Origin: an uncultured Chloroflexota bacterium
GTDB lineage: Bacteria; Chloroflexota; UBA11872; UBA12225
NCBI GenBank assembly: GCA_903836285.1
Contig: CAILQO010000026.1
Span: 1-47,934, forward strand
DNA: 47,934 nucleotides
Reading direction: 5' to 3'
Part shown: in pieces, positions 18,018 to 27,238 of the stretch
How positions within the stretch are numbered: position 1 is the stretch's first letter
How the letters are laid out: the number at the start of each line of letters is the position of its first letter
Program-made: the position numbers and the translations under genes
The notes under the pieces: model-generated
Database searches by the model: none
Seen by the model: the letters and a program-made list of their open reading frames with translations, nothing else
Told to the model about the DNA's origin: nothing

Positions 18018-21000
18018 TTACCCCTCTGTCGCGTCGGGACGAGGTTTGGGCCTGAGGTGGTCGCTGACAGGCGCTTCCTGCGTCGCGGCAGGGCGCGGGC
18101 GTCGCACCGCTGCGACGCGTCTCCGGCGTGGCTTGTCGCGGTCTGTCGCAACCCTGGCGGACCCCGCCACGACAGCTGCGTCGGTCGACGTCGTCTCTGG
18201 CCCCGCCCCGTCGACGATCAACCGCAGGGATTCGGCGACAAGTCCGCGGCGAACAAGGCGGTCGCCCTCCTCAAGGCGGGCCACGAGCGAGTCGCCAACT
18301 GGTCCAGGGTTAGCGACGGCTGCCCCAGTCCGCCGTGCACGTGACCGTCCGATCGCCCGTGGTGCGGCGCGACTGGATTCGTCGGCGTCGCCTAAGCCGA
18401 TGAGGCGCAACCCCTCACGTACCTGCGATGCCAGGTCAAGGGTCTTGTTCAGGACTTGCAGCAGGTCGCCTTCTGCCACACCGATGCCCTCGAGCAGTTC
18501 GGCAAAGGAGGCCCCGCGACACCATGCGGTCACTGGTCCCTCGAGCACCAGGCTTGGGCCCGGCGTCGGCGGCAGGTCGGCGCGCGCCTCGGCCTCGGAC
18601 AAGGCTTCCGAAAGTTCGGCGAGCCGGTCGCGCACCTCGCGGGCCACCGCGGAGAGTCGGAAGCGGTTCCAGCGCACGGCGTCGCGATCAAAGCAGAACC
18701 ATGACACGACCTCCATCAGGTCGGCAGGATTCAGCCGGTCGAACCACCCTCGGCGCGCCGCGTTCAGCAGGACCAGGCCGGTCGGGTCGTAGACGGCGGA
18801 CAACGCCGCCGCGAGATCAGTCGGTGCCGCAAGCCCCTCGCGCACCGGGGTCAGTACCCCAAACTCACCGAGGACTCCTACGATGGCGTCAAGGATGCGC
18901 GTCGCCTGCGTCGCCGCGAGTCGCTCAACGGTAACGGCGGCGGCTTCCGCTTGCTGCAGTGAGACCTGTGCCTCGCGTTCGTGCTTCCAGGCACGCTCGT
19001 GCGCCGCACGATGCGAACACGCGTGGCACGAGTGCGTGGCCATCGATGCCGCCAGCAACGTCTCTCGCGCGACGTGCGGCGTGACGAGGCGGGCCTCGAG
19101 CGATGCTTGACGGGCAGCTCGTTCCGCCTCGTGCCGCGACGCGTCGGGTAGCCCAAAGGACTTGAGGCGTGCGGACACGCCCGCCCGCAAGCTCGCGTCG
19201 TAAACGTCGAAGGGCATCCCAAGCCGCGCGCTGCGCAAGGCTTCCGGAACCGCGACACGCGTCGTCGTCGACTTCGGCGGAGCAAGTCGCGTGACCATCC
19301 CCCACTGGGGCACCGCCACGACCTCCTCACCCACGAGAAAGACTCCCGGACCGGTGCCCTCGCGGCGCAGAAAGATCGCCCAATCCATGGTCCCAGGTTC
19401 ACCAGTCGGTTGCGGCGCTGCGGTCTGAGGGGCGGAGGAGCCCGCGCCAGCAACGTCGGCACTTGCCAGACTCCGACCTCGGTGTGACCCGTCAGCGGGG
19501 CTTCGCTCGCCCCTCGCTTCGGGCGAGGCGTTGGGCAGGGTCTTGGTCGCTTCCTGCAGTGAAGGTCGAGCTGCCCTCCAATCGGAGAGATGAACAACCT
19601 CTCCACCGGTGAACGCCGCCATCGCACGCTTGACCATCGCCGGGGCCGGTGGTGTCCAAGGAAGGTGGCCAGCGTCGCGAGCCGCCGAGGCTACCGTCAG
19701 CCGCCCACGCGCGACTTGTCGTCGTGTATCAGCGAGGTCACGCCGAATTGCCCCGTACTGCACGACGGCGTCGTCCTCGATGCCGTCGATCGGGCACGCG
19801 AAGTGACGTGAACGAACTTCCGTCCGCAGCTCCTCGACGTCATCGAGCACCGCCCGCAATGCATCGTCCGTCTGGAACTGGCGCAGACTTAAGGAGAAGA
19901 GCCGCTCAAGGCGATCGCGCCCACGCGCCGTCCCGTCCCAAAGGCTTGCCACCGTGTGGTACCGCGCCGTGAACGCGCTTCGAACCGGGTAGAGCGACGC
20001 CGTCGCAAGGTCCTGTACCTCGCTGCATGGAGTCCACGGCGAGTACAGGTTCACCGAGAACCCGCGCGCATCCATTCCGCGCCGTCCTGCCCGGCCCGCA
20101 AGCTGCTGATACTCGTTCGGGAGCAGGATGCGCCGCGACGTCCCGTCGTATTTGGTGTGCTCCGTAACGACGACGCTCCGCGCGGGCATGTTGACGCCCA
20201 ACGCCAGCGTCTCGGTGGCGAAGACTGCCGACAGCAGTCCGTCGGTGAAGAGCCCCTCAACGAGCTGCTTCAGCACTGGGAGCACGCCCGCGTGATGGAA
20301 GGCGACGCCGTGACTGACCAGGCGCACGATGTCCTGCACCTGCTGGAGCGCGCGATCCTCCGGTCGCAAGACGGCGAGCGTGGCCGTCACGCGCTCGGCG
20401 CGTCGCCGATGCGCCTCACGGTCGCCACCCAGTTCCATCGGCACCGTTCCATATGGACCCGGTTGAAGGCACGCCGCCGCGCCAACCTCGCAGGCACGGC
20501 GTCCGAACTGGAACCAGATCACCGGCAGCATGCCGTGCGAACCAAGCAGGCCGAGGACATCACGCGGATGCGCTTGCTCCTGCGGCCGTGCCCCGCGCGG
20601 AACGCCTGCGGGCCGCGGCACGCGCAACTCGCCGCCAACCCGAAGCGGAGGGTGACGGGTACCGTCGGCGTCGACGAGCGGCCACAAGGCACCGTCGTGC
20701 AGGTACAGGTGATCAATCGGGACTGCCCGCACCGGGTGTTCGACGAGCACCACCTCACGGTGGACACGTCCAATCCATCGCGCGATCTCCGCGGCGTTGG
20801 AGATCGTCGCCGAGAGGCACACGAGACGGACATGTGCGGGGCACGACAGGATCACTTCCTCCCACGTCGTCCCACGGTCCGGGTCAGCGAGGAAGTGCAC
20901 CTCGTCAAAGATGACGACGGCAGTGTCGCCAAGAGCGTCGCCCCTACGCAACAGCATGTTGCGCAGGACCTCGGTAGTCATCACGAGGATGCGCCCGTCC

Positions 21001-21296
21001 GGGTTCTCCGACACGTCGCCGGTGAGTAACCCAACGTCGTTGCCGTGAACCGCTCGCCAGTCGTGGAACTTCTGATTAGAGAGGGCCTTGATCGGCGCGG
21101 TGTAGATTGCGCGCATGCCGAGGCGCCGTGCGAGTGCGACGCCGTAGTCGGCGACGACAGTCTTGCCGGTGCCGGTTGGGGCGGCGACCAACACGGAGCG
21201 CCCGCTCTCCAAGGCACCAATCGCCCGAACTTGGAAGTCGTCGAGGGGGAACGGGTACTGCGCTGTGAAGGCGTCGATGGCCTCGGCGGTGGTCAC
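18018..21296 (-). CDS. helY: Ski2-like DEAD/DEAH-box helicase, HelY-like with DSHCT-type C-terminal region
   Basis: 1092 aa. Motif I AAPTGTGKT, motif II DEVHFL, motif III SAT, then HHAGVLP, TETLALGVNMPA and QLAGRAGRRG. The C-terminal third (NPADLMEVVSWF...GASFAELL...GDLLQVLNKTLDL) looks like a DSHCT domain. Confidence 0.85.
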   Translation of the reverse strand: MTTAEAIDAFTAQYPFPLDDFQVRAIGALESGRSVLVAAPTGTGKTVVADYGVALARRLGMRAIYTAPIKALSNQKFHDWRAVHGNDVGLLTGDVSENPDGRILVMTTEVLRNMLLRRGDALGDTAVVIFDEVHFLADPDRGTTWEEVILSCPAHVRLVCLSATISNAAEIARWIGRVHREVVLVEHPVRAVPIDHLYLHDGALWPLVDADGTRHPPLRVGGELRVPRPAGVPRGARPQEQAHPRDVLGLLGSHGMLPVIWFQFGRRACEVGAAACLQPGPYGTVPMELGGDREAHRRRAERVTATLAVLRPEDRALQQVQDIVRLVSHGVAFHHAGVLPVLKQLVEGLFTDGLLSAVFATETLALGVNMPARSVVVTEHTKYDGTSRRILLPNEYQQLAGRAGRRGMDARGFSVNLYSPWTPCSEVQDLATASLYPVRSAFTARYHTVASLWDGTARGRDRLERLFSLSLRQFQTDDALRAVLDDVEELRTEVRSRHFACPIDGIEDDAVVQYGAIRRDLADTRRQVARGRLTVASAARDAGHLPWTPPAPAMVKRAMAAFTGGEVVHLSDWRAARPSLQEATKTLPNASPEARGERSPADGSHRGRSLASADVAGAGSSAPQTAAPQPTGEPGTMDWAIFLRREGTGPGVFLVGEEVVAVPQWGMVTRLAPPKSTTTRVAVPEALRSARLGMPFDVYDASLRAGVSARLKSFGLPDASRHEAERAARQASLEARLVTPHVARETLLAASMATHSCHACSHRAAHERAWKHEREAQVSLQQAEAAAVTVERLAATQATRILDAIVGVLGEFGVLTPVREGLAAPTDLAAALSAVYDPTGLVLLNAARRGWFDRLNPADLMEVVSWFCFDRDAVRWNRFRLSAVAREVRDRLAELSEALSEAEARADLPPTPGPSLVLEGPVTAWCRGASFAELLEGIGVAEGDLLQVLNKTLDLASQVREGLRLIGLGDADESSRAAPRAIGRSRARRTGAAVANPGPVGDSLVARLEEGDRLVRRGLVAESLRLIVDGAGPETTSTDAAVVAGSARVATDRDKPRRRRVAAVRRPRPAATQEAPVSDHLRPKPRPDATEG

Positions 21297-21483
21297 GAGG
21301 CGCGTCGCGGGAGCAGGGTTGCTTGGCTGGCATTCATCACGTCATCGAAGTGTAGGCGCGGTTGAGCCGACGAACGACGGGTCCCGGAGGCCCCCACCTG
21401 CTGCCTCCGCGTCGCGACCGGCGAAGTATGACGTGGCACCAAGTGGCACCATGGCTGAACCTCCACCACCAAGGACACTCCAC

Positions 21484-22776
21484 ATGAAGGTGCGTGCCGT
21501 CACCGTGTTCGCCGCGATTGACCCAGCGCGCGTCGCCGCTTCGCTGCGTAACGCGGGGACGCTCGCCGAGGGCGTTCGCCAAGCCCTCGAGCACAACGGG
21601 CTTGAAGTCCAAACGGTCCGGCTCGCCCTCCCACCGGTTGACACCGTTGGCACTGGAGTAGGCGGCGCCGCGCGACTGCACGACCTTGCCCTCGCCCTCG
21701 ATACCGAGTCACCTACTGCCGGCTTCGGCTTCGTCTCGGTCGGAACGATCGACACCGTCACCCTTCCCGATGGCGCGTGGCAGCCGCTCCTCGAGGCCGC
21801 CCCAACGCTTGTCGGCGCCACCAAGCAGGTAGCCATCACGGCGACGGTCGGTACCCGAACCAACGCTGGCGCCGGAACGATCGCCGTTGGCGCGTGCCGG
21901 ATGTCCGGCGACGTCGTGACCGCAATCGCACGTACCGGCAACGATGGGTTTGGCAACCTGAGGTTCGCCGCCATCGCCAACGTGGCGCCCCACGTGCCGT
22001 TCTTTCCCGCGGCGTTCCACGACCGGCAACCCAGCGCTGCTTTTGGTCTCGCCCTCGAGTGTGCTGACGTCGTGGAGAGCGCGTTTGCCGGCGCCGCGAC
22101 CCTTGAGCACGCTCGCACCCGCCTCGTTGACGGTCTGTCCGCGACGGTGAACCGGGTCGCTGGAGTCGCACGGGGCATCGCCGCAGCGCACCCAGAGGCC
22201 CGCTTCGCTGGCGTCGACTTCTCGCCTGCACCGTTCCCCGCCCCGGGGTCATCGATCGGCAACGCGTTCGAAGCACTCGGCCTGCCTGCGTTTGGTGGGC
22301 CCGGCACTACATTCGTCGCAAGCTTCCTGACTGAATGCCTGCACGAGGTCGCTCGACGCACCGAAATGGTTGGGCAGACCGCCGCTGGGTCGTTCCGTCC
22401 AACCGGATTTTCGGGCCTGATGATGCCGGTGCTCGAGGACGCAACCCTCGCGGTGCGCGCCGCTGAGGGTCACCTTTCGGTCGAGCGCCTGCTCCTCGCG
22501 AGCACCGTCTGCGGGCTAGGACTCGACACCGTGCCCTTGCCTGGAGACATCGACGGTGCCACGCTTGGCTCGGTCATCCTTGACATGGCCACGTTGGCGG
22601 TGCGCCTCGACAAGCCACTCACGGCTCGCCTCTTCCCGGTCCCGGGCAAGCGCGCCGGCGACCGCGTGTCTTGGGACTTCCCATACTTCGCCCCTTCTGT
22701 CGCGATCCCAATCCATGGACTGCCAGCAAGCGGGGCCATCGCGTCGGCAACCCGCCACCACATGCGCATCGCCTGA
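21484..22776 (+). CDS. DUF711 / UPF0210 family protein
   Basis: 430 aa from MKVRAVTVF (ATG 21484, AAGGA 8 nt upstream). Blocks PFFPAAFH, VDFSPAPFPAPGSSIG, GFSGLMMPVLED, CGLGLDTVPLPGD and ARLFPVPGKRAGD parallel conserved blocks I recall from UPF0210 proteins. Confidence 0.7.
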   Translation: MKVRAVTVFAAIDPARVAASLRNAGTLAEGVRQALEHNGLEVQTVRLALPPVDTVGTGVGGAARLHDLALALDTESPTAGFGFVSVGTIDTVTLPDGAWQPLLEAAPTLVGATKQVAITATVGTRTNAGAGTIAVGACRMSGDVVTAIARTGNDGFGNLRFAAIANVAPHVPFFPAAFHDRQPSAAFGLALECADVVESAFAGAATLEHARTRLVDGLSATVNRVAGVARGIAAAHPEARFAGVDFSPAPFPAPGSSIGNAFEALGLPAFGGPGTTFVASFLTECLHEVARRTEMVGQTAAGSFRPTGFSGLMMPVLEDATLAVRAAEGHLSVERLLLASTVCGLGLDTVPLPGDIDGATLGSVILDMATLAVRLDKPLTARLFPVPGKRAGDRVSWDFPYFAPSVAIPIHGLPASGAIASATRHHMRIA

Positions 22777-22840
22777 CCCCGCGCCACCGGGTTACGATCA
22801 ACCCCTCACCGTCACCAGCCCGCGCCACTTGGAGGTAGCG

Positions 22841-23773
22841 ATGTCTGCAGAACCGGAAGCTCTCGGTGGCATCGTTCCACCGATCCTGACGCCGCTCAAC
22901 CCTGCAGGCGAGGTCGACCTGCGCTCACTCGCGCGGCTCGTCCGCTACCTCGCCATCGGCGGCGTGGACGGTATTTGGGCGTGCGGAACGACTGGTGAAT
23001 TCGCGTGCATCGATGCCGACGAACGTGAACACGTGATCGCCACGGTCATCGAGACCCTGGACGGCAAGCTTCCGGTCATCGCGAACGTCTCCGACTGCAG
23101 CACGCGGCTGGCCATCGGCCATGGGCGCCGCGCCGACGCCGCCGGGGCTGATGCAATCGCTGTCACGCCGCCCTATTACTACGGCAACAGCCAAGACGAG
23201 TTGCTTGACATGTACCGGCGGGTCCGAGACGCCATCGACCTGCCACTGTACGTATACAACATTCCATCCACGGTCAAGACGCGCGTTGAGATTGACACGA
23301 TCGTCCAACTCGCGACGGAGGGGACGGTCGCTGGCATCAAGGACTCGCAGGGCGACCTGCCGTGGGCTCGGGAACTCGCAACGGCTGTCGCCACCGCGGG
23401 CGTACCGCTGCGCATCTTCTTGGGGTCCAAGGCAATGACCGAGGTCGCCCTCATCCCCGGCATCCACGGGTGCATCCCCGGCATCGCAAACGTCGTGCCG
23501 CGGGCGTGCGTCGATGCGTGGCACCAGACCGGTCGCGGCAACATCGACGCCGCGCGCGTCGCCCAGGCAACCGTTGATGCGGCGATGGGGCTTCTCGACC
23601 TGACCGGCGGAGGGCGCCACGCACGCAGCTTCGGGGGCATGAAGGCCGCCCTTGCCTCGATCGGAGTGATCTCGCACCCGACCCTTGCTTCGCCGCTGCA
23701 CACGCCGACCCCAGACGAGGTGGCTGCGGTTGGCGCACGCGCGAGGGCGGTCGGCGTCGCTATCCCGGCATAG
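22841..23773 (+). CDS. Dihydrodipicolinate synthase / N-acetylneuraminate lyase (DapA) family class I aldolase
   Basis: 310 aa from MSAEPEAL (ATG 22841, GGAGG upstream). Motifs GTTGEF, AVTPPYYY, LYVYNIP, and the Schiff-base lysine context AGIKDSQG. Substrate cannot be assigned. Confidence 0.8.
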   Translation: MSAEPEALGGIVPPILTPLNPAGEVDLRSLARLVRYLAIGGVDGIWACGTTGEFACIDADEREHVIATVIETLDGKLPVIANVSDCSTRLAIGHGRRADAAGADAIAVTPPYYYGNSQDELLDMYRRVRDAIDLPLYVYNIPSTVKTRVEIDTIVQLATEGTVAGIKDSQGDLPWARELATAVATAGVPLRIFLGSKAMTEVALIPGIHGCIPGIANVVPRACVDAWHQTGRGNIDAARVAQATVDAAMGLLDLTGGGRHARSFGGMKAALASIGVISHPTLASPLHTPTPDEVAAVGARARAVGVAIPA

Positions 23774-25007
23774 CGGGCAAGCCCGTGTTTGCCAGCGGGC
23801 ACAGGTCGCAGCGCAACGGGCGGCACGGGCCGTCCCATACCGCGATCAGTCCCTGTTGCGCCGCGCCGGTACGCGCGACTTGCCTCGGCACTACCCCGAG
23901 GCGCGCGGCGACGCGAGAGATAACCGCGTTGCCGGATAGCGGAGCGTGTCCGGCGAAAGCGGTGTCGGCCCACGCCACGACATCGCCGTCACGATCCCGT
24001 AGCCCGACTGCCCGTGCGAACGGCAGCAGCACGTTCAAGACAACGTCAGCCTCACGCGACCCGTTTTGCGTGTTCGCAGCCAGCAATGCGCGCAACCGCG
24101 CGCCCGCGCGGTGTGGCACATGCGCCGTCGTTCGCAGTGCGTCAATGACAGCGTCCTCGATGCCGCCAGCCGGCCACGCGCGCGCGATGGCCACGAGTTG
24201 GGCAATCCGCTCGCGCGGATGATTCGACGGCCGCACGCCAGTGAATACCCACGTAAAGGCTCCACGCCCCCTGTCATGTCCGGAGCGAAAGTTCTCCGCC
24301 GCCGCATCACCGAAGGCCAGATCCAGCATGGCCGACAGCGACGGGTCGGCCGGGTCCCCTAACGTCGCCTCTGCTGAACGGATCGTTACCAGTGGCACCG
24401 CTCGCGCGCAGCGTCGCATGGCGCCTTCGTTGCCGACATAGCCAAGCGCCGCCGCGACCTCCTCGAACGCTACCTGATCCGCACCGCCTGTTCCGCCACC
24501 CGCGCTCAGCGCCAGACCGAGACGTGCCCCAATCCGTCGCGCCGCCACCCGGTACCGCGCCAGTCCGATAGCTTCGAGGATCGTTCGAACGGCATCTGGG
24601 TCCCAAGAATCCCCGACCTTGCACCCGAACGGCTCGAGCGACTCACCGATGCCCGTGTCAGGCAGTGAAACCGCCCGGGCACGGCGCGAAGGCCCGGGCG
24701 CTTCACCGTCGGCATTGGCGACCACATGCAACACCACGTTCGCATACCGCAGGTCGGTGTCGTGCCCATGACGCACCCAATCGCGCGCGTCACGATGGAC
24801 CTCGACATCCCCCCTAACCAGCGACCCGTCCGCTTCAAGCACGGCGTCGCGAAAGTCAGGCCCAGCCCCCCGGTTGTGCCAACCGGGAAAGTGCACGTGT
24901 ATCGTACGGCCCCCATCGATGGGCACCGACGCACCCGCCGTCGCGCTCCACGCATCCTGAACGGCGGCTTCGCTTGGTACCGACCTGCGGCGCCGCCTAG
25001 CCGTCAA
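23760..25007 (-). CDS. DUF2851-like protein
   Basis: 415 aa, TTG start. N-terminal HVHFPGWHNRGAGPDFRDAVLEADGSLVRGDVEVHRDARDWVRHGHDTDLRYANVVLHVV matches my memory of the DUF2851 signature (G..N...GPDF..A.i......G.VEiH...sdW..H.H..D..Y.nViLHV). Confidence 0.55.
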   Translation of the reverse strand: MTARRRRRSVPSEAAVQDAWSATAGASVPIDGGRTIHVHFPGWHNRGAGPDFRDAVLEADGSLVRGDVEVHRDARDWVRHGHDTDLRYANVVLHVVANADGEAPGPSRRARAVSLPDTGIGESLEPFGCKVGDSWDPDAVRTILEAIGLARYRVAARRIGARLGLALSAGGGTGGADQVAFEEVAAALGYVGNEGAMRRCARAVPLVTIRSAEATLGDPADPSLSAMLDLAFGDAAAENFRSGHDRGRGAFTWVFTGVRPSNHPRERIAQLVAIARAWPAGGIEDAVIDALRTTAHVPHRAGARLRALLAANTQNGSREADVVLNVLLPFARAVGLRDRDGDVVAWADTAFAGHAPLSGNAVISRVAARLGVVPRQVARTGAAQQGLIAVWDGPCRPLRCDLCPLANTGLPAMPG

Positions 25008-25108
25008 CGTGCCGTCCCACCGAGCCAGTGCGGTCGGGCTTCCGGCGCGTTGAAGGCGCCCGGCAGGGAGCGGGGCGGACCGGCAGTCGCGCGGGAGTGG
25101 ACAACGCT

Positions 25109-27142
25109 ATGCTCCCCATGATGCTCGGCACCTCGCGGGCCCAAGTTCCCGTCCGACGTTCTCGCAATCCTCTGGCGTGGGCGATCACCGCCGCCAGTGT
25201 TGCATGGCTGGTCACGTCCGGGGGCGACGCCCATTGGGCGAACGCCGAGGCTGAACGTGTTCCGCCTCGGGCCGAGGCCGTGGTTGACCTCGTCGAGGCC
25301 GACCGGACACGATTGACGCTGCTCCGCGACACACCGCCGGCGCGGGATGAGGCTGCGCTCGCCCGCCTGTTCCGCGGGAACGCTTGTACCGACCCGCAGC
25401 CGACGCCGGTGCCAATGTGGCAGGACGGGGTGGTCGGAGAGCGGCGGACGTTCAAGGTATTGGACGAACGCAGGCGCGTGTACATGGACGTCCAGGCAAC
25501 CCTCAAGGCGGCATCGGAACACTTGCTGGTGTACGTGCAGGACAAGGTGGCGGTCGCTCCTGAGTCAATCGCCGCCACCGTCGAGGCCTTCGAGACCAAG
25601 ACCCTCCCGATCCTTGAGGCGACGTTCGGTCCGATGCCGACACCGGGGCGCATCACGGTCTTCAGCGGACAAGTGCCTGGAGTCGGGGGCTACTTCTCCT
25701 CGAGCGACTTGACCCCTGCATCGCTGACGCCGAACTCGAACGAGCGGGTCATGGTTTACATGAACAGCGACGTCATCAGGCCTGGACAACCAGGGTTTGA
25801 CGGTGTCCTCGCGCACGAGGTGCAGCATTTCCTGCACTGGTTAAGCCATCCGCAGCAGGACTCGTGGCTCAACGAGGGTGCATCCGAACTCGCCATGGTC
25901 CTGACCGGTCACGCGCAGGTGGCACCAGTTCGGTCGTACTTGCGGCGCCTTGAAACTCCAGTCACTGGGTGGGCGGAACGCCCCATCGACACTGTGCCGC
26001 ACTACGGTGCCGCGTCGCTGATTGTCCGTTACCTCGGATTTCGCGCAGGCGGGAACGATCGCCTGCGCGCAATCATCAGGACCCCCGGGGTCTCGACACA
26101 AGTGGTCGATCGATACTTGGCGACGCCCACCGCGGATATGCCAGCGGGTCATCCCCCCCGGCCGTCCACGTTCGACGATCTCTTCGCAGACTTCATCACG
26201 GCCACTGCGTTGGATGACCCACGGGTTGCCGACGGGCGCTTCGCATTCGGGAAGGATCCAATCCTCCCCGAGAAGTCGGCGCCGGCGGATCGTCTCGACG
26301 CGTCCACTGGGTTTCCCGCCCTGGCGCAAGGCCTACTTCCGCCCTATGGCACCCGGTTGATTGAAGTCGCCGTTCCCGCCACCACCACCGCCGACCTTGA
26401 GCTTGCCATCGATGGCAATGCAACCACGCGCGCCATCGGCGCGTCCCCACCCGGAGACGGGTGGTTCTGGTGGGCGTACCCCGCCGACGAGGTCGACGCA
26501 ACCCTCACGCAAACGATCGACTTGAGGGGTGAGACCGCCGCGTCGTTGGACCTGGACGCGTGGTACGACCTTGAGCAGGACTACGACTACGCTGGCGTCG
26601 CCATCTCCGTCGACGGCGGGTGCACGTGGCGGCCGATTGCCGGGACCGGAACCACGGACGCCAACCCAATCGGGCAGAACCCTGGACACGCATGGACCGG
26701 CCGGAGCGGCGGCGAGTCACCGAGCTGGGCGCCCGTCAGGTTCGACCTCGCGCCGGCGGCGGGGCGCCTCGCGCGAGTCCGCATCTTCCAGGTCAACGAC
26801 CAAGCCTTCCACCGCGCAGGTCTCGCCGTGTCGAACATGCGCATCGTCACTGGGAATGGCGCCCAGGTGCTTGCGAACGCCGACTGGCAACCACGCGGCT
26901 TCATCCAGACAGCGAACCACGTAGCGGTTGAGTGGGCATCGCGGGCGATCGTAGTTGGTGCTACGGGAACGCAGGTTGAGCCCGTCACCACGCGTCGTGG
27001 CGCGGACGGACGGGTCCGAGGATCACTGGTGCTACCGGCCGCCGCGATCACTGGCGGGGCCAAGGTTTCGGTCCTCGTGTCCCCGATGGCACCAGCTACG
27101 CACGAACCGACGGACTACCGGGTGACGGCAACCTTGCGCTAG
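25109..27142 (+). CDS. Secreted/anchored zinc metallopeptidase (HExxH...NEGxxE gluzincin core, InhA/M6-like C-terminal domain)
   Basis: 677 aa from MLPMMLG (ATG 25109). N-terminal hydrophobic anchor LAWAITAASVAWLV. Zinc site LAHEVQHFLHW followed by WLNEGASELA. The C-terminal WYDLEQDYDYAGVAISVDGGCTWRPI pattern resembles immune-inhibitor-A type peptidases. Confidence 0.65.
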   Translation: MLPMMLGTSRAQVPVRRSRNPLAWAITAASVAWLVTSGGDAHWANAEAERVPPRAEAVVDLVEADRTRLTLLRDTPPARDEAALARLFRGNACTDPQPTPVPMWQDGVVGERRTFKVLDERRRVYMDVQATLKAASEHLLVYVQDKVAVAPESIAATVEAFETKTLPILEATFGPMPTPGRITVFSGQVPGVGGYFSSSDLTPASLTPNSNERVMVYMNSDVIRPGQPGFDGVLAHEVQHFLHWLSHPQQDSWLNEGASELAMVLTGHAQVAPVRSYLRRLETPVTGWAERPIDTVPHYGAASLIVRYLGFRAGGNDRLRAIIRTPGVSTQVVDRYLATPTADMPAGHPPRPSTFDDLFADFITATALDDPRVADGRFAFGKDPILPEKSAPADRLDASTGFPALAQGLLPPYGTRLIEVAVPATTTADLELAIDGNATTRAIGASPPGDGWFWWAYPADEVDATLTQTIDLRGETAASLDLDAWYDLEQDYDYAGVAISVDGGCTWRPIAGTGTTDANPIGQNPGHAWTGRSGGESPSWAPVRFDLAPAAGRLARVRIFQVNDQAFHRAGLAVSNMRIVTGNGAQVLANADWQPRGFIQTANHVAVEWASRAIVVGATGTQVEPVTTRRGADGRVRGSLVLPAAAITGGAKVSVLVSPMAPATHEPTDYRVTATLR

Positions 27143-27238
27143 CCGTACCGTTCCTGACTGGGTCCCACCTTGCCGACCCGAGGCCGCCGCACACGCAGGC
27201 GAATGAACGCACGAACGTGGCATCTTTCGAGTTTGGAT

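Noticed and set aside
21433-21450. TGGCAC-containing direct repeat considered as a sigma-54 -24/-12 promoter
   Set aside because: The GG-to-GC spacing is one nt short of the consensus and the -12 element TTGC is absent. The inferred lineages commonly lack sigma-54. It is retained only as a direct repeat.
21342-22361. Long antisense or alternative-frame ORFs (e.g. 21342-22361, 23179-23973, 33462-34037, 16298-16957, 36979-37629, 39342-40184, 41577-42536)
   Set aside because: Each lies opposite or out of frame to a gene with clear family motifs and has skewed Arg/Ala/Pro/Ser composition. Stop-codon-poor GC-rich sequence is expected to produce such ORFs.
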